Shown piece by piece: positions 46,931 to 55,502 of a stretch of DNA of 64,000 nt. Under the pieces are notes generated by a model. It was given only the letters and a program-made list of their open reading frames with translations, was not told the DNA's origin and did no database searches. Source of the DNA: a bacterium (GTDB taxonomy: Bacteria > Patescibacteriota > Patescibacteriia > Patescibacteriales > UBA12465). The position numbers and the translations under genes were made by a program. Position 1 is the first letter of the stretch; the number at the start of each line of letters is the position of its first letter. Location: assembly GCA_035402825.1 (NCBI GenBank), contig DAONDZ010000001.1:44839-108838 (forward strand), given 5' to 3'.

Positions 46931-48811
46931 TTAGTTGGTAGTGGTGGAAACAGTGGACGAAGAAGATGAGGAAACCGCTGGAGTGGAGGTGGCGGTAGAA
47001 GAAGCTACCTGCCCCACCAAACAAACTTCTTGCCACGGCACATAATGAGATGAGAATCTATTCTCTTTAATCTCTTCTTTATCGGTACCGGGGTTATAGA
47101 CAACCTTATAATCAAAATAAGCATCAGCGCCGTTATGGGCCCTTTCAGTGCACTTTTTCTCGCCCGGTTTCAAATCGGGACTGGGGATGAACTTGGTAGC
47201 CGCCGGCTTCACGATATTATAAACCACCGGTTTAGAAATATTTATCTGCCGGCCATCTTTCACTCCCCAAAAATCAAAATAGATATCATCACCCACAATT
47301 CGTGATTGAATTAAAATATAATTTTCAGTATCATTGATGAAACGAACATCGGGTTGCGGGATATAAATAGCGGCATCCATGCCTGCCGGTTCGTAATAAG
47401 TAACGCGATAAGAATGGTTGCGGCGAGCAGTAATCGGCAATCCAGATTCAATAGCCGCTCTAAAGAGAGTGGTCCCGACCTGGCATAAACCACCGCCATA
47501 TTCCGGGACAGTCCGATTCTCCTTAATAACTAATTCCGGTAGATAACCTGATTCTTTATCAACTTCTCCCAAGGCCTTAACCAAGGAAAACTCTTCCCCT
47601 GGTTTAACCAACAAACCGCTCACCGCCGCCGCTCCCACGGCAATATTATGACGGCGATTTTTGGGCGAACCGGCAAAATTAGATTGGCCGGTACCAATAA
47701 TCTGTTCAATTCCTAAGCTATCAGGCTGAACGCTATCATCAGCGACTATCTTTATTTCCAAATCAACGCTGGTTTGTTTATTATCCAAAGCGGCAATAAT
47801 CTTTTTGGCGCTAGCGCTTAAATCAATCTGGCGGCCATCGGCGCTAGTTTGAAAACTTTGCACCCGAGCCCCCTTCATCTCAAACTTAGCTGGGTTAGGT
47901 TCGCGATCAATTAGCGGTACTGCCTTTTCGGTCAGCCAAGCCTCAATTCTAGCTGGATCAAAGCCTATTTTAACGCGGCCGGAATCCTGAATATAATTAA
48001 TCCATTTGGCAAAATCAGCTTTGTCGGCTTTGATAACCACTGGCGAGCTAGAAGCTGGATTTAAATCTTTAATCTCCAGAGCCGGCAAATCCAATAGCCC
48101 GCTGATATTATCAGCCGCTGGAGCGCCAGCTAATTTTATTTCCGGCCAAGCATCTTTAACCGCTAAAACTATTTCGCTGTATTCTCCGGATTCAATTTGT
48201 TTTTTGAGCTGGCTGATAGCCGCAGCGTAGTCTATCTCGCGACCGGTTTGCTCTGGAATAGTTTTTACATCCAGCGAACCGTTAGGATTAATAGTGATAT
48301 TTAAGCCGGCGTTTTGCAGCGGCTTTTCTTGGTCACCAAACTTTTCTCGCAAAGTTTCTTTAAGGCGAGTTTCATCTAAATCATATTGCCAAACAATTTT
48401 CTTAGAGAAGATCAAAGACCGCCAAGAATTGAACCAATCAATGGCGAAATTGCCCTGTCGGCCGACATTCCAAGCCTGAGCGGCAGTCTTTTCAACATTC
48501 ATATCAATCAAAGGGCGAGCGGAGTCAATATTAGCCGTCTGGCCCAGCTGCGGATCAATGGTCAGCTTATCGTTGTTATAGCTGAATAGCCAATCACTTT
48601 CCATAACCTGCTTAGCACGATCAGATACTTTAATCGCTAGCCCGGCTTCGTCTTGACCAGAGAGCTTGGTGTCGCCTAATTTGATATTAGGATAAACGCG
48701 GCCGTCATAGACGCTGGCCAATACTAAATAGCCGACTATTAAAATAGCGGCCAAAGAAAGAATGACGCTCCAAAAGATAATTAAGACCCGAGGGCCGGCT
48801 AATCTTTTCAT
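46931..48811 (-). CDS. VanW-family protein with N-terminal TM and Ser/Thr-rich C-terminus
   Basis: 626 aa. YGGGLCQVGTTLFRAAIESGLPITARRNHSYRVTYYEPAGMDAAIY. Confidence 0.85.
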   Translation of the reverse strand: MKRLAGPRVLIIFWSVILSLAAILIVGYLVLASVYDGRVYPNIKLGDTKLSGQDEAGLAIKVSDRAKQVMESDWLFSYNNDKLTIDPQLGQTANIDSARPLIDMNVEKTAAQAWNVGRQGNFAIDWFNSWRSLIFSKKIVWQYDLDETRLKETLREKFGDQEKPLQNAGLNITINPNGSLDVKTIPEQTGREIDYAAAISQLKKQIESGEYSEIVLAVKDAWPEIKLAGAPAADNISGLLDLPALEIKDLNPASSSPVVIKADKADFAKWINYIQDSGRVKIGFDPARIEAWLTEKAVPLIDREPNPAKFEMKGARVQSFQTSADGRQIDLSASAKKIIAALDNKQTSVDLEIKIVADDSVQPDSLGIEQIIGTGQSNFAGSPKNRRHNIAVGAAAVSGLLVKPGEEFSLVKALGEVDKESGYLPELVIKENRTVPEYGGGLCQVGTTLFRAAIESGLPITARRNHSYRVTYYEPAGMDAAIYIPQPDVRFINDTENYILIQSRIVGDDIYFDFWGVKDGRQINISKPVVYNIVKPAATKFIPSPDLKPGEKKCTERAHNGADAYFDYKVVYNPGTDKEEIKENRFSSHYVPWQEVCLVGQVASSTATSTPAVSSSSSSTVSTTTN

Positions 48812-48812
48812 A

Positions 48813-49028
48813 TTATTGAATATGTAGTATTTCGTTTAAAATTTCTTGAGCTAGCTCCTTATTATCTGTCGACAAATTCTTGGTTTCTTGGACCGACAGC
48901 AATACTTGATCTCCGGCCAGGGCCTTCTCGGAGACGAAATTACGCGGCACAAGCAGCCGCTGGTTATCATCGCTTAAAAGATAGGCCTGATTAGCGTCCA
49001 AAGATTCTATTTTAAAACTTTTAGTCAT
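48813..49028 (-). CDS. hypothetical small protein
   Basis: 71 aa, tightly packed between the hsp20 and VanW-like genes. Confidence 0.45.
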   Translation of the reverse strand: MTKSFKIESLDANQAYLLSDDNQRLLVPRNFVSEKALAGDQVLLSVQETKNLSTDNKELAQEILNEILHIQ

Positions 49029-49033
49029 AAATA

Positions 49034-49456
49034 TTATTTTACCCGCACGGTAATGTTGTTTTCCGCCCCCAATTTATGCAAAACTATGGTCAACACGCCG
49101 TTTTCCAACACGGCGTCAATCTTCTTTTCTTCCACTTCCACCGGCAGAACTAAAGAGCGAGAGAAAGACCCCCAATAGCATTCCTTGGTTAGATATTTTC
49201 CGGAATCGGTTATTTTCTCCATCTCCCTTTTGCCCCGCACGGTCAAAAGATCATGGTCTAAGGTTATTTCTAAATCTTGCGGCTTAACCCCGGCCATAGC
49301 GGCTTTGATAATCACCCGATTATCGGTTTGAAAAACATCAACCAAAAGCTGCCCCTCGGCTAAATCTTCCGGCAGCCATTTCTCATCCCACAAATTGTCA
49401 ATTGATTTTACCGGCGCCGGAGTATTAGACTTCGGGAACCAATGTTTAAATATCAT
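49034..49456 (-). CDS. Hsp20/alpha-crystallin small heat-shock protein
   Basis: VDVFQTDNRVIIKAAMAGVKPQDLEITLDHDLLTVRGKRE ... AVLENGVLTIVLHK. Confidence 0.9.
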   Translation of the reverse strand: MIFKHWFPKSNTPAPVKSIDNLWDEKWLPEDLAEGQLLVDVFQTDNRVIIKAAMAGVKPQDLEITLDHDLLTVRGKREMEKITDSGKYLTKECYWGSFSRSLVLPVEVEEKKIDAVLENGVLTIVLHKLGAENNITVRVK

Positions 49457-49472
49457 AAGAGTAAAGTTAGGG

Positions 49473-49546
49473 TGGGCCCGGCCTGACTCGAACAGGCGAC
49501 CTTTACGATGTCAACGTAACGCTCTAACCAACTGAGCTACGAGCCC
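49473..49546 (-). tRNA. tRNA-Val(GAC)
   Basis: Minus strand GGGCTCGTAGCTCAGTTGGTTAGAGCGTTACGTTGACATCGTAAAGGTCGCCTGTTCGAGTCAGGCCGGGCCCA. Confidence 0.9.
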
Positions 49547-49844
49547 TAAAAAATTGATTTTTCAAAGAAATCGCTTTTATTATAACAAAAGGCTATTTAT
49601 TCAGCAAGAGGCGGAAAATGGCTAAAAATACCGTCTTTACAAACAATTTTCGGTATGCTAATGTAGGAAGGTCAGAAATTAATAATTAATCAAGCTGTTT
49701 TTAGGAAAATTGATTGCACCGGTTGTTTTTTCCCCTTAAATTTTATCTTTACTCTCATAAAAATCTTGACCTTTCGCGCTCTTAAAAGTTTTTTTAAGTT
49801 TGGGCGAAGCTCAATTTCTTCCTAAAACAGGTTATACTTTGTAT

Positions 49845-51359
49845 ATGACTTACTTAATCTACGCAGGCGTCTTAATCGTCGGTTTTGTTATCGGCTATTT
49901 CCTGTATCGCCAAATTGCCTCCGCTCACGTTAACAGCGCCTCTGCCAAAGCAGAGAAAATTTTAGCTGAAGCCAGAGCTAAGCAGAAGAAAGCCGAATTG
50001 GAAGCCCAAGAAAAAGCTTTAAAAATCATTGAGGAAGCTAAACACGAAGAAGCCAACCGCCGCAAGGAAATCAACTCTTTGCAAAATCGCTTAGAACAAC
50101 GCGAAAACGCTTTTTCTCAGAAATTATTGGATTTGCAGGACAAACAACAGAAATTATATGACAAGGTGAACGAAGTTCAAGAAATCAAAGAAAAAATTAA
50201 AGAAATCAAGGAAGAGCAACTGGCTAAATTAGAAAAGATCGCTCAACTCAACAAAGACGAAGCCAAAGATGTCTTGTTGAAGAACGTAGAAGACCAATAT
50301 AGCCAAGATCTATTGATTCGCATCAAGAAGATGGAAGATGATAATGATGACGCCATAGACGAAAAAGCTAAGAACCTCTTAGCTAACGCCATGCAGCGTC
50401 TAGTCTCTTCCTATACTCCAGAGTTGACCACCACCACCGTTGATTTGCCGAGCGATGAAATGAAGGGACGCATCATCGGCCGTGAAGGTCGAAACATTAA
50501 ATCCATTGAACAGATGACCGGCGTGGAAATCATCGTTGATGACACCCCGAACGCCATCACCATTTCCGGCTTCTCTTTAATTCGCCGCCATATCGCTAAG
50601 AAAACCTTGGACTATCTAATTAAAGACGGCCGCATTCACCCGACCAAGATTGAAGAAGCGGTAGAGACCGCCAAAAAAGAGATTGCTATTGATATCAAGA
50701 AAGCCGGCGAAGAAGCCATGTATGAAGTGGGCGTCACCGGTTTTGATCCGAAACTAGTTTCTATCCTCGGTCGTTTGAAATACCGTACCAGCTATGGCCA
50801 AAATGCTTTGCGTCATTCCATTGAAGTCGCTCATTTGTCAGCCATGATTGCCGAAGAGCTGGGCGCTGATGTAACCATTGCCAAGAAGAGCGGTTTGCTC
50901 CATGATATCGGCAAAGCTGTCGATCATGAGATTCAAGGCAACCACACCGAAATCGGCCGCGATATTGCCAAAAAATTCAATTTGCAGGAAGACCTAATCC
51001 CGGCTATTGAAACCCACCACGACGACCATCCTTCTTCTTTGTCCGCGGTAATCGTCAAAGTAGCTGATGCTATTTCTGCTTCCCGTCCGGGCGCTAGAAG
51101 CGATACCAGAGAAAACTATTTGCAGAGATTGGAAGAATTGGAAAAGATTGCCAGCACCTTTGAAGGTGTGGAAAAGACCTATGCCATTCAAGCCGGCCGC
51201 GAAGTTCGCGTCTTTGTCCAACCCGATACCATTGACGATCTAAAAGCCAAGCGCTTAGCCGGAGATATTGCCAAAAAGATAGAAGAAGAGTTAAAATATC
51301 CTGGAGAGATCAAGGTCAATGTAATCAGAGAGATGAGGGTTATTGAATACGCCCGCTAG
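49845..51359 (+). CDS. rny: ribonuclease Y
   Basis: N-terminal TM, coiled coil, KH (GRIIGREGRNIK), HD (LLHDIGKAVDHE). ATG at 49845 preferred over TTG at 49800. Confidence 0.92.
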   Translation: MTYLIYAGVLIVGFVIGYFLYRQIASAHVNSASAKAEKILAEARAKQKKAELEAQEKALKIIEEAKHEEANRRKEINSLQNRLEQRENAFSQKLLDLQDKQQKLYDKVNEVQEIKEKIKEIKEEQLAKLEKIAQLNKDEAKDVLLKNVEDQYSQDLLIRIKKMEDDNDDAIDEKAKNLLANAMQRLVSSYTPELTTTTVDLPSDEMKGRIIGREGRNIKSIEQMTGVEIIVDDTPNAITISGFSLIRRHIAKKTLDYLIKDGRIHPTKIEEAVETAKKEIAIDIKKAGEEAMYEVGVTGFDPKLVSILGRLKYRTSYGQNALRHSIEVAHLSAMIAEELGADVTIAKKSGLLHDIGKAVDHEIQGNHTEIGRDIAKKFNLQEDLIPAIETHHDDHPSSLSAVIVKVADAISASRPGARSDTRENYLQRLEELEKIASTFEGVEKTYAIQAGREVRVFVQPDTIDDLKAKRLAGDIAKKIEEELKYPGEIKVNVIREMRVIEYAR

Positions 51360-51388
51360 AATTGATATATTATTAAAATATTGTTAAT

Positions 51389-51697
51389 ATGAACAAAGCC
51401 AAACTAATTGAAGTACTCGCCGAAAAAACCAATAAACAGGCCAAGAAAGACGAGGAATATATCAACAAAAAAGTAGCCGAAAGAATGTTAGATATATTAA
51501 CCGATACCATTACCGATGAACTAAAGCATAACCGCGAAGTAACCATCACTGGCTTTGGCACTTTTGAAGCTATGGTTCGCTACGCTAGAGGCGGCGTTAA
51601 TCCCCGTAACCCTAAAGAAAGAATCACTATTCCGGCAGTCAAAGTGGCTAAGTTTAGAACTGGCAAAAATTTAAAGGATGCACTGAAAATGAAATAG
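51389..51697 (+). CDS. hup: HU/IHF-family DNA-binding protein
   Basis: MNKAKLIEVLAEKTN..., GFGTFEA...R.ARGGVNPRNP...I.IPA.KV.KF..GK.LK. Confidence 0.9.
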   Translation: MNKAKLIEVLAEKTNKQAKKDEEYINKKVAERMLDILTDTITDELKHNREVTITGFGTFEAMVRYARGGVNPRNPKERITIPAVKVAKFRTGKNLKDALKMK

Positions 51698-51770
51698 CAC
51701 CCGTAGCTCAACTGGATAGAGCGCCTGGCTTCGGACCAGGAGGTTGTGGGTTCAAGCCCTGCCGGGTGCA
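51697..51770 (+). tRNA. tRNA-Arg(UCG)
   Basis: Acceptor GCACCCG/CGGGTGC perfect. Anticodon stem-loop CCTGG-CTTCGGA-CCAGG. G1 is the last base of the hup TAG stop. Confidence 0.9.
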
Positions 51771-51780
51771 CGAAAGATAG

Positions 51781-51854
51781 GGCTGGGTAGCTCAGTTGGT
51801 CAGAGCGTGGCACTCATAACGCCAAGGTCGAGAGTTCGAGCCTCTCCCCAGCCA
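51781..51854 (+). tRNA. tRNA-Met(CAU), elongator type (or Ile2 if lysidinylated)
   Basis: GGCTGGGTAGCTCAGTTGGTCAGAGC...CTCATAA...GAGAGTTCGAGCCTCTCCCCAGCCA. Lacks the initiator 3xGC anticodon stem. Confidence 0.85.
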
Positions 51855-51867
51855 CTTAATTGAATAT

Positions 51868-51940
51868 GCGCTGTTAGCTCAGCTGGTAGAGCAGCTCCCT
51901 CTTAAGGAGAAGGTCGAAGGTTCGAATCCTTCACGGCGCA
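51868..51940 (+). tRNA. tRNA-Lys(CUU)
   Basis: GCGCTGTTAGCTCAGCTGGTAGAGC...CTCTTAA...GAAGGTTCGAATCCTTCACGGCGCA. Confidence 0.9.
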
Positions 51941-51945
51941 CAGTA

Positions 51946-51974
51946 CAAAAAACAGGTTAATCGCCTGTTTTTTG
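51946..51974 (+). terminator. rho-independent terminator ending rny-hup-tRNA unit
   Basis: ACAGG-ttaatcg-CCTGT followed by TTTTTT. Confidence 0.7.
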
Positions 51975-51987
51975 TTAAATTTTAACA

Positions 51988-52016
51988 TTGACTCCGATAA
52001 AATATCTTGATATAAT
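51988..52016 (+). promoter_or_regulatory. promoter TTGACT-17-TATAAT
   Basis: TTGACTccgataaaatatcttgaTATAAT, about 110 nt upstream of 52129. Confidence 0.6.
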
Positions 52017-52128
52017 CAAACATTAAATTCGGTCCATTAAAAAATGGCGTTAGCTTATTAAACCCACCCCCTTCTAGGTGCGTTTATAGTTAACTTAATT
52101 AATACTAACCTTCGTAAATTTGTTTATC

Positions 52129-52539
52129 ATGGCAGAAAAGAAAAATTTGGAATTTCGTAAAAAATGTTCGGCAATTGTTGAACAGTTAATTAAGGCCCTG
52201 GATGAAGATTTTGGAAACAACATTTTGGTAAAATCAGAACCAAACGATTTCCTTCATTCAGTAATTCTAAAAACTCACAAACGCTTGCCGGGTTCGAAAA
52301 CCATTGTTATCTGGATCAAAGTGGCTGGAGGCATAGACCTTAAATACTGTTATTTTAGCAGACAAATAGGCAATATGCTGATTGAAGAACTGCCCGAAAT
52401 TATCAAAAGCCTATCAATGAGCCAATCCAGCAAAAAAGATTTGACTCAGGAGCAATTACTGACAGAAATAGATGCTATGAAAGATTATCTTTTGTCTCCG
52501 GAAATGCCGGTAACGACAGACTATCTTAAATCATTTTAA
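52129..52539 (+). CDS. hypothetical protein
   Basis: 136 aa from ATG 52129 (the ORF-track TTG is at 52120). No motif recognised. Confidence 0.5.
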   Translation: MAEKKNLEFRKKCSAIVEQLIKALDEDFGNNILVKSEPNDFLHSVILKTHKRLPGSKTIVIWIKVAGGIDLKYCYFSRQIGNMLIEELPEIIKSLSMSQSSKKDLTQEQLLTEIDAMKDYLLSPEMPVTTDYLKSF

Positions 52540-52557
52540 AAACACCAGGAACGTATT

Positions 52558-52586
52558 AAGGAAGTCCACACAGACTTCCTTTTTTA
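52558..52586 (+). terminator. rho-independent terminator
   Basis: AAGGAAGTC-cacaca-GACTTCCTT followed by TTTT. Confidence 0.75.
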
Positions 52587-52652
52587 TTTTTCCTCACCTT
52601 ATACCAAGAAATAAACTGATAAATCTATCACAAATAATAGCCAAAATCACAC

Positions 52653-52681
52653 TTGACCGTACTAGTATATTGTTGTAATAT
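52653..52681 (+). promoter_or_regulatory. promoter TTGACC-17-TAATAT
   Basis: TTGACCgtactagtatattgttgTAATAT. Confidence 0.55.
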
Positions 52682-52723
52682 AATGAATCAACTAACGAAC
52701 ATTAAAAATCAATTAAATACCTT

Positions 52724-53332
52724 GTGAACATGGAAAAAATCACTTTATCTGACGTTGCCAAATGGACCGGCAAAGCGATGGAACGTAAGCCACCGCGATC
52801 TGTCCTAGTTTGGTTTTTAGCCATAATCTTTTTCTCTGTTTTGGTCATTCCCATTCTGGTGCAATTTTCCTTCCCGCTTATCCGAACCTTTTCAATCGGA
52901 TGGCAAGCTACCGCGATAGCATTAATCGCTCTGGCCTTCATAAGCTTGACATTGGCGCCGATGCTCTTTAATCGCCCCATATTCAACCTCGTCGGCCGAA
53001 AAAGTCGGAAGCTGCAAGTGAGGTTCGTGAACGGAGAAATCCAGCGGATAAGAAACTATCGAATTATGAAAGAGGACGAGGAAGTTATTCTACAAGACTT
53101 GGAACGCGATGTCTTTGACAGATTTGATAACATGGTGAAATATGACATTATTAGTCATCACGAAAAAGGAGAGCAGATATTAGACACCGAAAAAATCCGG
53201 GCAGAAACTACCGCCCGACTCAACGCCTCTCTGGAAGCTCGCATTGAAGCATACCACCAGCAAAAAATGGATCTGGAAAAAGAATTAGCCAGATGGCAAG
53301 AAGTTTTAGCGGAGCTAGAACAAGAAAATTAA
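52724..53332 (+). CDS. hypothetical membrane protein with C-terminal coiled coil
   Basis: 202 aa. Two TMs, then a heptad-like C-terminus. Confidence 0.55.
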   Translation: MNMEKITLSDVAKWTGKAMERKPPRSVLVWFLAIIFFSVLVIPILVQFSFPLIRTFSIGWQATAIALIALAFISLTLAPMLFNRPIFNLVGRKSRKLQVRFVNGEIQRIRNYRIMKEDEEVILQDLERDVFDRFDNMVKYDIISHHEKGEQILDTEKIRAETTARLNASLEARIEAYHQQKMDLEKELARWQEVLAELEQEN

Positions 53333-53376
53333 TTTTGGATAATTAAAAGCGGACCTCGCAAGGGTCCGCTTCTTTA

Positions 53377-53832
53377 TTATTTATCTTGAAACATGTTTAT
53401 AATCTCCTGCATCAGCCAAATGAATGATTGGCGGTGATGGCTATCCATCTCGGTGAAGGTGTCATTTAGAACCGGCAGAGTCAAAGTGCCCTTTCTGTCG
53501 CTAGAGGCAAAATAGCTCTTGGTTTCGTCGGAATAGAAAATTTTGACGCCGCCGCTGGAAGATACGGAATAGGAATAGACCTCATCGCCATCAAATCCGA
53601 AAACAAATTCGGAGTCTCCGGCTGAGCAAGGGAAAAAATGATATTCGCCTTTTTTTGATTTAATCGGATCCAGGCAACGATTATTAGAAACAATGCTCTG
53701 GTCCAAGCGATGGATTTTAGCGATCAATTTGCGGTTATCCTGCAGAAAGGCTCTGAGGTTAGTGACCGCCTGCGCTTTAGCCAATCCAGCTAAGCCCAGA
53801 ACGAGGCAAGCGACAACTATCAATCTTTTCAT
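53377..53832 (-). CDS. small secreted protein, paralog family member A
   Basis: Signal peptide MKRLIVVACLVLGLAGLAKAQ. Shares blocks with 53954-54451 (see findings). Confidence 0.6.
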   Translation of the reverse strand: MKRLIVVACLVLGLAGLAKAQAVTNLRAFLQDNRKLIAKIHRLDQSIVSNNRCLDPIKSKKGEYHFFPCSAGDSEFVFGFDGDEVYSYSVSSSGGVKIFYSDETKSYFASSDRKGTLTLPVLNDTFTEMDSHHRQSFIWLMQEIINMFQDK

Positions 53833-53876
53833 GAGAGAGAATTATAAAGTTAATAATGAACAAAAAGTGTCTTAGG

Positions 53877-53905
53877 GTTATACCAATAAAAATGAATATT
53901 GTCAA
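53877..53905 (-). promoter_or_regulatory. promoter TTGACA-17-TATAAC
   Basis: Minus strand reads cTTGACAatattcatttttattggTATAAC. Confidence 0.55.
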
Positions 53906-53953
53906 GAGGTATTAACCAATTTAAAAGCAGGCTTAGATGGCCTGCTTCTTTTT

Positions 53954-54451
53954 TTAAATCAATGCTGTTATCAGCTCCCTAATAGTTTTGATGAATCCGT
54001 CTCTTTGCGGATCATTCATACGGGAAAACGTTCCTTGCAACACCGGAATTTCCAGCGTGCCGTTTTGAGGATCCTCAAATAAGAAGAGACCCTTTTCTTC
54101 ACGGCTGGAATAGAATACTCTGGTCGGTTGATTGGGATCCGGGCCGCATAAATAAACTGAAACCAAATCAGGGATATTGTCATACTCAGCGGCAATATAC
54201 TTGTGACAAGTAAAGGTAAACATTATCTCCAGTCCCTGGTTGGAACACGCCAGAAACAGATAAGTGCTTTTAACCTTAGTGTCCATGGGCTCCAAGCAGT
54301 ACCCCGAAGTAAGGGTGACTTGCTGTTTAGAGGCATGGGCCTTGGCAATCTTTTTCTGGTTAGTTTTAAGCAGCTCTAAAAAACTGCTTTCCTGAGCCTG
54401 AACCAAGCCAAAGGCAAAAATCGCGGCAACAAAAACAATAATCTTCTTCAT
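53954..54451 (-). CDS. small secreted protein, paralog family member B
   Basis: Signal peptide MKKIIVFVAAIFAFGLVQAQ. Terminator-like hairpin AAGCAGGC...GCCTGCTT at about 53925-53950. Confidence 0.6.
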   Translation of the reverse strand: MKKIIVFVAAIFAFGLVQAQESSFLELLKTNQKKIAKAHASKQQVTLTSGYCLEPMDTKVKSTYLFLACSNQGLEIMFTFTCHKYIAAEYDNIPDLVSVYLCGPDPNQPTRVFYSSREEKGLFLFEDPQNGTLEIPVLQGTFSRMNDPQRDGFIKTIRELITALI

Positions 54452-54496
54452 TATTCGATTGGTTTAATTGGTGAATGAACGGATATTAGACTTTAA

Positions 54497-54525
54497 ATAA
54501 TACCAGTAAATATGGTGATTGTCAA
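54497..54525 (-). promoter_or_regulatory. promoter TTGACA-17-TATTAT (divergent pair, minus)
   Basis: Minus strand reads ATTGACAatcaccatatttactggTATTAT. Confidence 0.6.
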
Positions 54526-54535
54526 TATAGTCTGA

Positions 54536-54564
54536 TTGACATATACCGAATTATGGTATATTAT
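54536..54564 (+). promoter_or_regulatory. promoter TTGACA-17-TATTAT (divergent pair, plus)
   Basis: TTGACAtataccgaattatggtaTATTAT. The two -35 boxes are 11 nt apart, back to back. Confidence 0.6.
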
Positions 54565-54601
54565 AGAATGCTCACCTAGTACACCAACAAAAAAATAACC
54601 G

Positions 54602-55087
54602 ATGAAAAAGTTACTGATTTTATTACTTTGCCTCGCTCCCCTTTGGGTTTCTGGCCAAACGTTGATTGACACCATTGAAAAACAAGGACCGAAGCTTTGG
54701 CGAGCCTGCACCGAAAAGGCTACTATTCCCTGGGGAAATGCAGACGGATTTCTGGAAAAAAATTATGCCAAAAAACATCAAGGAATCTTGTTCTTCCATT
54801 ATTCCGCTCCGGCTAACGACCAGCCCCGCGTCCAGGAAATTGAGGCTTTAATCGGATTCAAAAGGTTGTCGGTCGCTATAATCTCTTTTAGTTTTTTAGA
54901 AAACGACCAAAGAGTAAACCTGGTATTCTGCCCTTCAGTTTCCTCACAAATATTAGAGGATAACCCACAGGGCTATTTCCAGGTTCCCGGTTATGGAGAT
55001 TGGCAAAAATTCGCCGAGACATCGAACTCCAGAATGAACATGTTCTGGATAAATAGCAAGCTTCTGATTAAAAGCCTGCTGGAATGA
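54602..55087 (+). CDS. small secreted protein, distant member C of the same size class
   Basis: Signal peptide MKKLLILLLCLAPLWVSGQ. Weak similarity to A and B near the C-terminus. TGA stop. Confidence 0.55.
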   Translation: MKKLLILLLCLAPLWVSGQTLIDTIEKQGPKLWRACTEKATIPWGNADGFLEKNYAKKHQGILFFHYSAPANDQPRVQEIEALIGFKRLSVAIISFSFLENDQRVNLVFCPSVSSQILEDNPQGYFQVPGYGDWQKFAETSNSRMNMFWINSKLLIKSLLE

Positions 55088-55091
55088 AACA

Positions 55092-55121
55092 AAAAAGGAA
55101 CAGACGCAACTGTTCCTTTTT
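55092..55121. terminator. bidirectional terminator
   Basis: GGAACAG-acgcaa-CTGTTCC flanked by A and T runs. Confidence 0.75.
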
Positions 55122-55142
55122 AAATTTCTCAATATAATCTAA

Positions 55143-55502
55143 TTATCGTTTTCTCTCCTCATGCAGAACTATTTTCTTAACGATAAAATAAAGCACCACC
55201 AGTACGATGAGCAGGGTCAACAAAGTGCTAACTATGCCGCCGATATTAAATCTGATTCCCCGGACATAAAAATCTAAATCGCTGAAATTTTCCGCAGAAA
55301 ATATTACCTGGATCAAAGGAATAAAAAATCCTTTGACTAAAGCGTCCACAAAGTCTTTACCGGCTTGAGCGACAATGACGCCGATAGCCACTCCGAGTAC
55401 GGCATATTCCTTAATGAACTCGGAAATCTTGCCGAAGAGAGAGGAGATGGGTCTGGTATGTTTTATTTTTTCTATTCTACCTAACATATTATTTGGCATC
55501 AT
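55143..55502 (-). CDS. mscL: large-conductance mechanosensitive channel MscL
   Basis: [36 protein letters not shown] plus a second TM. The start is ambiguous (ATG at 55502, 55499 or 55487) and abuts the recA stop. Confidence 0.82.
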   Translation of the reverse strand: MMPNNMLGRIEKIKHTRPISSLFGKISEFIKEYAVLGVAIGVIVAQAGKDFVDALVKGFFIPLIQVIFSAENFSDLDFYVRGIRFNIGGIVSTLLTLLIVLVVLYFIVKKIVLHEERKR

